From NCBI GenBank assembly GCA_000320545.1, contig ADNK01002524.1, forward strand, positions 62,001 through 126,000: 64,000 nucleotides of DNA, in the 5' to 3' direction. The position numbers and the translations under genes were made by a program. How positions within the stretch are numbered: position 1 is the first letter of the stretch; the number at the start of each line of letters is the position of its first letter. Positions 25,598 to 38,188 of this stretch are shown in pieces. Source of the DNA: Bigelowiella natans CCMP2755. Lineage: Eukaryota > Protista > Cercozoa. The notes under the pieces were generated by a model. It did no database searches and was not told the DNA's origin. It saw only the letters and a program-made list of their open reading frames with translations.

Positions 25598-27076
25598 ATG
25601 CAGCACCCTGGTTCTTCCACCGACTACGTCTCTTTGGACCTCAATGTACCTGCCCCTTCCACGCCTCGCAGGAAAATTAACCTTCGCTACGTGGCAGTGT
25701 TTGCTGGGGTTGCTGTTGTAGCTTTGGTTGCACTTTCCGGTGCTTACAATGTCCTAGGGCGCGGTCTTGCTACACGTAGCACAGCCTTCCGCGCTCCTTC
25801 ACTAGCTCGCAATCAGTTTGCAATTTCGTCCCCTCTTGCTGGATGCGGACGAGTACCACGAACCGCCATGTTCGCCACAGCGACCGATTTGAAACTTGAC
25901 TGGGCTGGTCTTAAAAATGATCTTGCAACAATGATCAAAGCAAAAGAATGCGGGCCTATTATGATCCGGCTTTCTTGGCATGATGCTGGTACCTACTGTA
26001 AGGCTGACAACAGTGGAGGAGCAAGAGGTGCTCAGCGTTTTGAAGAGGGAGAATCTCAGCATGGCGCCAATGCTGGACTTGACGTTGCAATTGGCCTCTT
26101 GAAGGACATCCAGGAGAAGTAATTTATCATTTTTTTCGTAAATCTTGAATCAAAGATTGAACTGTTTAACTTCGAGAACAAAGACTGCTTAATTAATTCT
26201 TAACTTTATGATTTTGGTGAGCTAAGCTTATCGCTGAGTGCCCAAACACATCATATATATATCATGTATTCAAATCTGTTTTCTAACTATATCTCCTCGC
26301 TACCCCTATCTCCAGATATCCCATCAGCGCTGCCGACCTTTGGGCATTTGCTTCATGTGTAGCAACGGAGGTGATGGGAGGACCAAAGATTGCTTTCCGT
26401 GCTGGGCGTGACGATATTCCTGATCCAACCGGCTGTGTTGAAGAAGGAAGGCTTCCCGACGCTGATAAGGGCTCAGACCATCTGCGATCTGTATTTGGAC
26501 GAATGGGCTTCAGTGACAAGGATATCGTTGTCCTTTCTGGGGCACATACCGTTGGAAGGTGCCATGGAGACCGAAGTGGTTTCGAAGGTAGCGATGAATA
26601 GTAATACTAGCAACACAATGCTACTATGTCCTGGTTTGCGCAACGTATGCAATATTCGATTCCCATATTATCAACTGCGCATTGAGGCATGCTCATAAAA
26701 TGGAAGTCTTTCCACAGTTCAGATTCTGGATTATTTCTATTCACAGCCACTATATCCTCATTGCTTGGTTTGTATTGTTTAAGGTGCATGGACTGAGGCT
26801 CCTCTTCAATGGGACAACGCCTACTTCAAGAACATAATGTCGAAGAGCTACGCAGCGGAAACCACTGCTGCTGGCAACCCGCAGTACAGAAATGCCGATG
26901 CTGATATCATCGCTTTGGAAACAGACCTTGCTCTCACTACTGATCCTGAATTCAAGAAGTACACAGAGGAGTTTGCCAATGATGCTGAAGCTTTCAACAA
27001 GGCTTACGCTGAAACCTATCAAAAGCTGCAGGAACTTGGCTGGGGAAGCAAGGGCCTCACTGAAATTGCTTGGTAA
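25598..27076 (+). CDS. APX: L-ascorbate peroxidase with bipartite plastid-targeting leader (exons 25598-26118, 26316-26587, 26784-27076)
   Basis: [18 protein letters not shown] (distal R/W/H), [45 protein letters not shown] (proximal His and ascorbate-binding Arg), RSGFEGAWT, LETDLAL. The N-terminus has a hydrophobic segment followed by an acid-free Arg/Ser/Ala-rich transit-like peptide. Confidence 0.95.
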
Positions 27077-27299
27077 GTGTAGGCAGAATCCGCTGTTTAT
27101 GCAGTGGCAATCAATTGCATGATGCGACCATGATAGGGTCATGTCAGTCAAATACTCACGCTCCATCTGTGAATCTGACTAAGAAAAGTATCTAGGCATG
27201 CTTTCACAATATTCATACTAATATTGCATGCAAAAGCAAATGAGAGTGTATGCGGCGCTCGAAAAACGGCGCGTGGTGATCGTAGATGCGTTGGTTATG

Positions 27300-28800
27300 A
27301 TGCATACAAGCATGCCTAGCTAGCTTAGATGGATGGCATAAGCATGCATCGTAACCTGACACATCTAGACAACTAGAGCTGCTGTTCACCCTGATGCATT
27401 TCTAGAACGCTACACAAGAACAAACAAAGTGCATGCATTTAAGCATGTACGTGCGTGTGCTAATAACGAACTGCTAGCTAGCTACATGTACGTAGCTAAA
27501 TAGCAAGCTTGGATGTATTTGTTCGACTCTGCTAGGAGTTGCTGCGCTTGACACGGTCTAGCGGTGCACATGTAGATAATGTAGCTAGACATCACTATAG
27601 ATCATGCAAATAGACATGCCACACGCACATCTAGACATGCCCACGAGACTAGACCTACGACTAAATGCGAGCCATGCGTGCTCGCGCCTTGCTAGCTTGT
27701 GCTGCTCTGTTGCTACAATTGTAATTGCTCCTTGTGCTAAAAACCACGCAGCGCCGCAGCAAATTCAGGTGCGTCACATGTTCTTACAAAAGAAATCACT
27801 ACAGTGCTGGACGAGTACGCAAAGCTTCGATCGTTGACAAAACGTTTGCTAGTTCTAGAGTTTGCGCGCGCGCATGCATCATGCTAGCATGATGGAGCAA
27901 CACAAACGGTTCCAAACATGCAAGCGCTTAAAAAAACAATTATTTCAGCATGCTAGCATTGCAGGCACTTGCAAGCACATTTTTGAGCGCTTGTTGAAAT
28001 CGCTCACATCCACTTTTCCATCCCCCTAGCCCTCTCTAGCCCTCCACTCTAGTGCCACCCTCCATGAGCACACAGAAATCACTCTAGCACTACACTAGTA
28101 CACCATGGAAAAAGCAGCCCCCTTGGCTAGCTGAGAGTAATTTTTTTGGCATACTAGCATAGTTGTCACGCATTCATTCATTTTGATCAAATGTGCAAAA
28201 ACAAGCGGGCAAGTTTGAAATGTAACATGGATGACCCTCAAAACGTTTTTCGAGTGTTTTTGAAGTACTTTTTTAAGCTGCCAAGCTTTCTTCTGACACA
28301 CCCAACTGTGTGCAATGCCGCGTTAGTTGGCTAAATGGCTAACACACTCTGTTTGTATTTTTTGACGAAGCCAGCAAGCTTGTAGATTGCATCTCACTCA
28401 TGTGCGCATGATCACAATGCACGTGCGCCTGTCCAGTCGATCGCAGTTGATGGACGTGCATGTCTATCTTAATGCTAACTAGTGCGTCCGCGAAGCATTG
28501 CCATTGAGATATCTAGATTTTTGCCATTGTTGTCTGTTCATCAGCCGGCGGCACATCCCAGCTGTGCAGCATGATATAAAATGACTTGCACGTGCGTGCG
28601 ATGAAACGCATGCACGCGACTGCAATGATAAAAACAGATGAAGAAAAGTGCATGCAAGCTCTGTGCATCTAATAAGAGAAAGATGACACAATGTATATTG
28701 GGCACTTTTTGAATACATGTGTCGTATACGATAGTAACACAAAGTGCATGTAGCAGTTAGAAAACAACATGTGATGCGTGGCACATTATCCCATGACAAG
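27300..28800. repeat. CTAG/TGCA/CATG-rich non-coding region downstream of APX
   Basis: Dense CTAG, GCATGC, TGCA and TCTAGA words; repeated TAGACATGCC at about 27611 and 27632. Confidence 0.5.
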
Positions 28801-29137
28801 ATGCTTATTGAGCCAATGATACTTGTATCTTACGCGAAGCCAATAAGTTTATTCTATAGAACGAAAAAGAAATATTCATTTCATTTCCTCCAAAATATCC
28901 TAATGCTCATTGGATTCATTGGGAAAGGAAAATAGCTTCTTCAGCCAAAGCCAATTTTTAATATTAAATAAATATAGTCGCCATCTTTATCTTTCTGACC
29001 TCCAGCTTCCCACAAAAGTATTCGTTGCATCATCTGTAATACGCACAGAATTTCATAAATTAAAACGAATTTGTAAAGATCCAATTTCCTCCCCCTCCTC
29101 CTCGGTCCGCTTCTTTTCATATATCTACATCATAGTC

Positions 29138-29572
29138 ATGTTCCACTCCAAATACAGTTGCCAACTACTACTTATCAGTGCTCTAGCTGCTACAATAATA
29201 CTTTCCCGTCCTCCTATTCATCTTCCTGTTACTACAACCTCCAAGATATGAGGAGAGAAGGCTTCCTTTGCGCTGGCCTTTTTTGTGGGTATGGACCTTT
29301 GTCATTGCTGCAATGCGTGGTTGTAGATCACCCTGCTGATGCTCACGATAAACACCACTATTGTTGTTGTGGGGATTTCCCCCTCTTTTTCCTCCTCCTC
29401 CTTCTACGCTCTCAATATGCTCATTACGATAGGAGTGGTGTGCTTGCTGGTGACTTCTTTTGATGCTTTCCGTCAATCCAACCTGCACCCAAACCAGAGG
29501 AGAATGACGAAGCAGAGAAAGAGAAAGAAAGAGGGTGAGATCAAAAGGCTTCAATTGGATCTGGCTCAATAA
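29138..29572 (+). other. Small two-exon locus with an in-frame TGA (pseudogene, lncRNA, sequence error or recoded gene)
   Basis: Exons 29138-29288 and 29433-29572 give MFHSKYSCQLLLISALAATIILS...SKI*GEKASFALAFFVG|VVCLLVTSFDAF...KQRKRKKEG...; TGA at 29249-29251. Confidence 0.2.
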
Positions 29573-29684
29573 ACGCAAGTTCTAGAATGGACTAAAAATG
29601 CAAAAATACTTATTGAATATTCCTATATTCATGTTGCCATCTATACACAAGAAATTGAGATTGGGAGGCCACTAGTGATATGAA

Positions 29685-29766
29685 GTAGGATGATGACTTT
29701 TATCAATTGTATTCACCTATCATATTACCACATTCCTTGGACTGGCTAAGCTGGCACCTGAGCAGT
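29685..29766 (+). ncRNA. Weak candidate box C/D snoRNA
   Basis: ATGATGA at 29690-29696, CTGA at 29758-29761, and GCTGGCAC (29750-29757) complementary to the conserved SSU rRNA GUGCCAGC. The guide is short and there is no clear terminal stem. Confidence 0.15.
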
Positions 29767-29857
29767 CAGTAGAGCAGCAGCAAGGAGTCAGTTATTGCTC
29801 CTCTAATCGAGCGCTAAGTTACAATTTATCGATGCTTTCAAGTTAATTAGGTTGATT

Positions 29858-30377
29858 TTAGAATTTGGAGTAAACAGTAGGTGATACATCTAATGAGTGT
29901 CGAGCACTATCATCCTGAGCATCATTATTTAAGGCAGTAGCTTCAAGTGTCACATTGTTATCAATCTTTGAATAGGCACCCTTCGTTTGATTCGTGCCAG
30001 TAGAAGAAGCACTAGTGTAATTGCTCTCCCAAGTGCATCCATCATCTTCCCTCTCCAGCCTGAAAATCAAGCACAATAACCCTTTCATTCGAGAGTGGAA
30101 ACCATCGTAAATATTCTGGAGCAATTACAAATGCATGTGCCACAACACAGAGAATATAGTAGAAAAGCTTACTCTCTCATCTCGTTTGCTGTTGGTAAAG
30201 AGTCAAGAACGCGTTTCTTTTCTCTTTCCAGATGAATCGAAGATAACTGTAGGAATACAGTTTTAGAACGTCATGCTCGCGATAGGGCAATATCAATAAA
30301 CATGCACACACGCGTGCAACGTTGGTATCTGTACCATAAATATATAACATACATATGTCATAGTAGTATTATTATTT

Positions 30378-30417
<40 letters not shown>

Positions 30418-30446
30418 GATCGAGAGAGAGATAGAGAAAGAGAGAA

Positions 30447-30496
<50 letters not shown>

Positions 30497-31207
30497 ATAG
30501 GATCCAAATGACGCACTTTCTATGACATCTATCGCTTTAGCATTTAACTACCACATCGTTGTTGACATTATCACCGTCAAGCTTCTTCTTATTGTTAGCT
30601 GTGTTTCCCCCCTTCACTGCACTCAACTTAGAGATCTTTAGAATATTACGACGCATCTTCTCAAGGTTGAAGCTGTTTTTGGACATCTATAAATGTATCG
30701 AATTAGATGAGATTGATCTAATATAATTACCTTGAAACGACAGAAAATAATTAAAGTGAAACGTATCTGACAACAACCCAACAACTAGGCAAACCACGGA
30801 TGGAGTGTGATATGCACCACGTGTACCTGCCAATATTCATCGAGCGAGTCACACCCGATATCTTTTCAAGACACCAAAAAGAAGACGCATAAATTAGATT
30901 AGAGACAGTAACACTATTTACTGGACAAATTTTATTGGAAAAACGATACGATTGTATTAGCTATAACAGCAGAAGAAACGCGTTGATGATGATAACACTG
31001 GATTCTCGCGTCAAATAGATACCCTTTCGTTGGGATATGAATTGCGAGAATTCAGACGTCGGACCTGTCTAACATCTAAATTATTCGTTTTGCTTGAATG
31101 TTAATGCCTTGTTGGTGGAGTTTATGGTGTTATGATTGTATTTCTTACAGCAGTAGAGCGAAGTAAGGAGAAGTACGATGCTGGAGAGCAAAATGAGGGC
31201 TTCTTTC
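29858..31207 (-). CDS. Hypothetical protein, multi-exon (5' structure unresolved, may extend to about 31900)
   Basis: The last three exons splice in frame: MSKNSFNLEKMRRNILK...NNDV|LSSIHLEREKKRVLDSLPTANEMRE|LEREDDGCTWESN...YSKF*. An upstream hydrophobic exon reads KEALILLSSIVLLLTSLYC. No family recognised. Confidence 0.4.
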
Positions 31208-32719
31208 CTAATAGTGAAAGATCATTGCTTTAGACCTTAGAACTAAATATTAATCAGACGATAAAATGAAAATGAAAACATTCAAAATATGATTTTGTCC
31301 TTGGATTCCAGCGCATTTTGTCGGCGCAGTTTGGTTTTTGTCCTAGTTTAGTACTATATCATTTGCGTTTGCTTATTTGTTATACTTACAAATTCACCAG
31401 GGAACTTGATGACGAAGTTGAACTCTAGTGAGTTAAAAATAAATAATATTGTGCATTAGAGCAAATGTAATTTTCGAGATCTTGTTTTAAATTACACACG
31501 TCGTAGATGTTCTTGTCCCATACAATCATGCACTCAAAACAAGAGTAAAAAGGGAAACCGCTGCTGCCAGACTCATTGTTGAATACAGCAACTCGCACAA
31601 ATCAGCTTAAAAATCGATCAATGGATTTTAAAATTCGCACAAATGTATGATTACATCACAACTGGCTTAATCGAATACCGGAGCGACTGTTGGTGCGTAT
31701 GTTGCCGCAACCTCCATAGGCATCTGCAGCAATAACAGTAGGAGAGAACTAGCAATAACTTGCATCGTTTATTTTTCTTCGTTGTGCGGTGGATTGCTAT
31801 GTGCGTTGGCCTGTAGGATCAAGCAGAATATAAAAATAGACTGTTACAAAGAGCTTCCTCGTGCATCAACCGCATGTGTTAGTTCCAACATATCCAGTTC
31901 AACATATCACGTTAATTAAGTAGATAAGCGAGGACCAATGGAGTGTAGTAGCCAAGATTCTAGTTAGAAGTGGATTGTTGCAAGTCTGTAATTGAATCTT
32001 AGATCTCTGAGGCACCACTTCAGCTAAACGCCACGGGGATGCTGCCCTCATGCGGCTCGAGGAGGGCGTACATTGTAAAACGCTCAGGAAATAGTTGGCC
32101 TTTTTTCACTGCGACAACAAAATCCTACACAAAACGACTTGGAACCGCTCCGCTCTCAGCGAACCCAAGGGCAACGTTACGATGCCAATCGAGACTGAGT
32201 AAAACATGTTTCTTGAAGGGGCCCGCGCGAGAAACACACTGCGACTTGAATGCTGGTTTCTCAAAAAGAATGCGACATTTCCATTTGTCGTATGAGGAAA
32301 ACCCAGCAAGTTTCTGCCTGATTTGGAGATGCAGCTGAGACCAACGGGACGAGGCACGTGTGCCCTTGGTATCTTGACCATTTTATGCTACAGTACCGCA
32401 GAAAAGCTCCCCGCAGCTTTTTGCTGAAAACCATGCCGAAAACATCGAATTTACAAGTCGCAGAATCAAAATCTACTGCTCTCCCTATTCGCCGAAGCGA
32501 TACGAAGTAGCGCAAAAGGTAGGAAAAGGAAGCATCCGCTGTTTCTGAGGGAAAAGCGTATTTTTGGGTGTCTGCGAGCATTAAACGGAGGGCAATTTAG
32601 GTCTTTGTAAGGAGTTTATTTGACAAATAATACTTCCATTACTCAACAATCCTGAGGAGCACCAACGACAAACTCACGACTACCACGTAACACTCCCCCC
32701 CCCAATACTGCTACCAGGT

Positions 32720-33766
32720 ATGCTTGCCATTTCCTTCGCTTTAGGAGTCTTGCTCTATCTTCAGCCAATAGAAGCCGTTTGGAAAAAGAATCGCAGGACG
32801 GCGACGGCTGTGGTCGATGATAATGAACAGTCGTTATTTGAATATAACAACGCATTTGCTGGCAATGCTACGGCTGGTATTATTCTAGTGTCCACCTACT
32901 CTGTCCTGAGTAAGAAGTAGGAGTGCCTCTGTTTACTGCTAGACCGTCTCTCACCCCCCTCACTGCATATTCTATTGTAAACCTCTTCCAACGTAATGCT
33001 AAGCTGACCTTGTAAAATGACTCCGTACACAGGACAAGAACGGTTTGTGGAAGAAGATGGAGTGTTAGTGATTGAGGCCGAGCACTTCTTTCGAAGGAAA
33101 AAATCAACCTACTCTCTCTACACCAAAACCCATCGATGGAAAACGGACGAGGAGCTTGTCGAACAAGGCGTACTTGTTAAAACGGGGTTCAACAGCAACT
33201 ACTGGGACAACAGTGGGGGGGGGAAGTTCATGTGCGTCTTCCCAGATGAGCGAGGAGAAGATAAAGAGGTATTTCCATCAACAGCTAGCTACACATTATT
33301 ATAGTGAACCTGATGCAAGAGAGTCTTCTATTACAGTATGTATACAGGGTTTTGGTTATCATTCCTAATAAATCTACATTTTTATTGTTTTTGCTACCAT
33401 TCCTAACATATCTACATATATATTTTACGTGTTGGCCATTAAATTGAACTGGCAGCCGCACATACACATTCACCATAAAAGAATATTCGTGGATATAATG
33501 CCGTCGTTGAAGCCAACAATAACTAAAAACAGGGGCCGTTTTCACCGAAAGACAGCACTACGCTGGGTTCTCCAGCCCGAATGGATTATCGAATCTTCAT
33601 CACGAACCCAGGCATATACTACGTCTACGTCAGAGGGTACTCGATAGGAGGAGAGTCAAACGGGATTCATGTTGGCCATAGCAAGGCCCTCACCCCGGAA
33701 GAGGCAGAAGCACAAGGGAAAAAAATGTCTGACAGAGTAGACTCTAGTGCCTGCATACGCTCAGTA

Positions 33767-33800
<34 letters not shown>

Positions 33801-34490
33801 TGTTGTTCTAGTAGTATTGATTCATTCATCTTCATCATCGGTACCATTATTCCATTAGCCGTCTGGAGGACTACGAGTCATCGAATATATCAGGTTTCAG
33901 AGGTCACAACCGTTGGATATGGGAAGAAGGCCGCAAGGTAGGAGGGAGGCGTCGTATACACGTATACACATTCAACTCCAAACAGTATATTATGTTCTGT
34001 GTGCAATTACGAATAACGATGATATCTATATCATACACTCGCGCACACATACGCATACGCACACATAACATACATTTATGTTATATCATCTAACAAGCCC
34101 TATCCATCAGCATGAGTACTCCTCCCCCGCACGTCTCAATCTGAGGAGAAACAAAATGGTAGTGTAATCAATCACAACTCTCACGACTAATAATGGAGGC
34201 AAAAACTGGGCTGAAATACATCAGTAGAGAAACGAAGACTACGAGCACACTCAAGCGAACACCAAGCAACAAACAACAACCAGAGTGCCGTGTGGGCATA
34301 AATAACTGCCGTTCTCTATCATTGATACCTATAGACGCTGAATATCTGGAACCGAGACGACGGCTTTTGCTTTGATAGAATTGTTCTGACGAAAGATCCG
34401 CTCTTTGACCCCGACAAAGACACCGACGATAAAGAACGCCGCGTTCGTGAAATAGGCCCTCCTGAGAGTAAAGTGCAGATGATCCTCTAG
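32720..34490 (+). CDS. Secreted protein with a bacterial-type GH115 C-terminal/CBM-like beta-sandwich domain (about 6 exons)
   Basis: Signal peptide MLAISFALGVLLYLQPIEA; FVEEDGVLVIEAEHF; SGGGKFMCVFPD; MDYRIFITNPGIYYVYVRG..SNGIHVG; WIW; TLNIWNRDDGFCFDRIVLT; GPPES; stop TAG 34488-34490. Confidence 0.75.
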
Positions 34491-35748
34491 TTTCTAGCAT
34501 TGCAATGACTAAGAAGGGTATACTCGACGCTCACCCGATTGGAAATATAGCTTGAGGAAGGAAACGCTATACATACTGAAAGTGTGTCCTGTAAGCATAT
34601 TTAGTTGGAAAGACTATGAATATATGTCAACTATTTATGTTTTGCACAAACAAGTAGATCTATCGAAATGCTCTCATATTTTCTATTAAGTTGAACTACA
34701 AAAGTGTGCGAGGCATTGATCTGCGAAACGAGTCTACGCATGTTCGTATATGTGATATTACCATTATTACCACTACAGTCGCCGCAACGGACACTTTTTG
34801 AGTGCGCATGCCATGACACACTTATCAAGATGAAATTGCATTGGTTTCTTACCCAGCTATATAGCTGAATACTCTCATATACATGTGCTTTTGTGTTTTG
34901 ACTAGCATTCAACTAGCATTCATTCTGTACGATGCGTGCAAAAATTAAGTAGGTCTGCTGCCATATCTACTAAAGTTGGGCAGTAGTTGTTTCGCACCTG
35001 CTGATGATGTCCTTATTTTGTGCATGTATCACACGCACGCGCTACATGTATGCAAGTGCCGTCGCCATAACGCTAATGAGATGGTGGCTCACAATGTCAT
35101 GGTCTTCAATGTGCATTCGCAGCAGCCCGCGGTATGTGACACAGGACAAATATAAAGGAGCATGTTGTGCTATGTTTGTTATTTCTAGTTCATTGAAATA
35201 TGCATACCAACACATGTGCTACCAACGCATTTCCTCGTGTGTTGATCGCTTCTCTAATGCACAGCGACGTCAGCATCATTGTGTACTCATAGGTCTAAAC
35301 GACTTTCAATCAATAGGGAAGCAAGCATCCTGTTCCAGTCCGAGGGCGCGATTTAGATCTTGCACGTGACTTTAAACGCTCCTGATATCGATGGACGCAT
35401 CATGCATTTTCACTAAGAATCGTTCGACGAATAACTACATTTTATAAGTATAAACATATCACACAAACAGAGGAAGGAATCGTTGCGTTTTCATTGAAAT
35501 TCTGTAAAGGTCACATTTCAGAATCATCGCTCTCTAAAATGAACATGTTATGAAATGATATATCCTCACGGCATTGATGGACACTCTCCTATATTCTACG
35601 GGGTGCAGACATTATTGCTGCGGGGCCTTTATTCGACTAGAGTCACACTCTTTTTTTGGACTTACACTGTTTATACAGTTTCATCTTGCATACATGTACA
35701 TCGTGTTCATACCATACCATACATCCGTTGGAACAAGAGGGAGAAATA

Positions 35749-35790
<42 letters not shown>

Positions 35791-35929
35791 ATACATTTAT
35801 ACAACAAGTAGCGTGTATGCGCATGGACGCGTGAATGCGTGTGTGCGTGTTTCCAATATCCCCCAAATAGACCCCAAATACAATGTAATATTGCCCGATA
35901 CGCAAAAACCATAGCAAAAGAGCTTTGGT

Positions 35930-38188
35930 TCAGTGCTGAGAACTCATCATTAGGAACGATGACGACGACTATAAACGTATGACCATCATCCGATTTTTCA
36001 ATCGATCGATGATTGATATTAGATAAGAAATACGAGGACAGAAGAGTACGCAATAAGGACAATCAAGCTGCTATAGATGAATCGACTTGTTACCCGTTCT
36101 AGACGCTCCTTTAACGTTTTGCTAAGAAGAATCAAAGTACGTGCAGAGACATTCTCATCAGCTGTAATGCATATGGAAATAACGAACACGAAATCGGAAG
36201 TTTCCCAAGATGAACGACACATTTTGCGACGTCATCACGTTGTAGCATGCATGTACTGATCGATATCATCATCACGTTCTAGCAGCCATCATGTACTCAT
36301 CTCCCAAGAAATCTTTACAAGCATTTCGATTGCACTCATAAGAACACAGAATATAACAATCTAACCCCCCCCCCCGCCATTTTCCGGAGAAAAAAGGTTT
36401 TAACGTACATTTTGAATCTCTCCAATTTGAGTTCGTGCTCAAGTATTTCTCTGAAGTAGATTGATTGATTGTTTGTTTGGCGATGAGTGGTGTTAGTCGT
36501 CCATGCTCCTCAATTGTTTTCTATTGTAGATTGCTGACCGATGATGATTTTGTTGGTGTTGTTTTTGGGCATGTGCTACAACATCATTTGTATCATCGTT
36601 CACTTGATATCGAGCCCTTCACGCACCATGCAGATCTAGACACCCACACGCACACACGTAATGCATGGTACTTCCAAATCGTAAAAAATACACAACTACT
36701 TGTCCTGCTCCGTATCAGACAATTGTATTGAGAAGTATATCAGCGCCCTATTTATCAATAAGCAACAACAATAACAACAACAACAGGGAAAATATATTAA
36801 TAATGACCAACCACAAAATAGTAAAGTGTTTCTCTGGCTCGATGAAATCTCTCTCTTTCTCTCTCTCTCTCTCTTAGAGTGAGAAGGGGAGTTTGAGGAT
36901 TGGTGCTTCATTGCTATGCTTACGCTGCCATAAACGCCACGAGGAAGCCCATAAACCCGATGAATAGCCATGTAGCATTAGCAGCACTCCTCTGGATGAA
37001 TGATGATAGCATGTAGTACTGCGATGATGATGATGATGATGATGTGGATGATGATTTCCTACTGCTCGGAGAGCCATGATCCTACGAAGACAGCAATATT
37101 TACAAAGTACAATTGCAACAGCAGAAAAATGAATGGAAGCAAAGGATATATCGTTCAAAACACTAGTTCTGACCTCTTTAGTGTTAGCTCCCCCCCCCCA
37201 TCTCGTTGCTGAACTCCTTGATTTTGGACGCCAACCAGCATTTAATTGCGGGGAGGAAGATGCACTTCCCTTCTTCTCATTGGAGCGAGAGAATGACATC
37301 TTCGGGGAGTTGTTCTCCTTTGGACCGACAGAAACTAACGATAATGATGGTGATGATAATGGATGATCGCAACTTGTAGCCAGTAGCCAATTTCTAGTTC
37401 GGTGCTATTTTCGGATATCGTCTCGTCTTTTCATCAAAAACCCCTCCCCCCCCCCTCGACTTTTTATTAGGCCTTGTCCCATTGATTACCACGTGTCCGT
37501 AACGGAAAGACGAGCGATGATAGAAAGCCTGCAAGGAAACTCAGGCATCCTAACAATATTGCCAAAAACGACACAATTCTCGCATTGTCACAAAGAGACA
37601 ACCAAAATTCCTGGCTTTTCCTTCCCCCTCCCACCCCCGGCACCTCTCTCTTTCTCTTTAACGGGTGCGTGCGCTCTCCTAGCGCCCTCTCTCATCACTC
37701 ACCACAACTAATACTTATACTCGCTATACTTTAAACCGGGCTAATAGCACACCCACATATTTTTGACAATATGGATAATGGTTATGGTGATGATACTTAT
37801 GATAAAAACAGGATATTATCACATCGTTGCCTCATACCTATCAAAGCCATCGGTTCAGCATTCTCTACAATCCCTCCCTATATGGAATGACGGAAACTCA
37901 GCACGAGGCCTCACGCATTATTGCATGCATAACTGGAGTAGTACAAGGCACATACAGCAGCTGCTGCGCTCAAAAGACTTTATATAATAGTACCTTGCTA
38001 AAAACCAACTGGTATTGCAATTTTTTGCCTCTTGGAGCGTTACCATCAGTTGCGTTCGAAATGCACACTGCGCTCAGTACAACGGCAGCAAGCAGAAGGA
38101 AGACCTTCCGTCGGAGGGAACCGAATAGACCTCTCCTACAGGTGGATCCCCTGCGAGATATCGCCTCTAGCCTGAACCCACCGTCCAT
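35930..38188 (-). CDS. Hypothetical membrane protein (N-terminal signal/anchor plus a second TM segment, about 11 exons)
   Basis: MDGGFRL...RRKVFLLLAAVVLSAVCISNA; in-frame exons GGIVENAEPMALI|GFLSSLVFPLRTR|VSVGPKE...TKE|RSAANATWLFIGFMGFLVAFMAA|FHRARETLYYFV|ICMVREGLDIK|EILEHELKLERFK|...SKTLKERLER. The 3' end is uncertain. Confidence 0.5.

Noticed and set aside
29675-29728. Hairpin as a SECIS element
   Set aside because: The AUGA is Watson-Crick paired with UCAU rather than forming the tandem GA quartet, and the apical AA geometry is missing.
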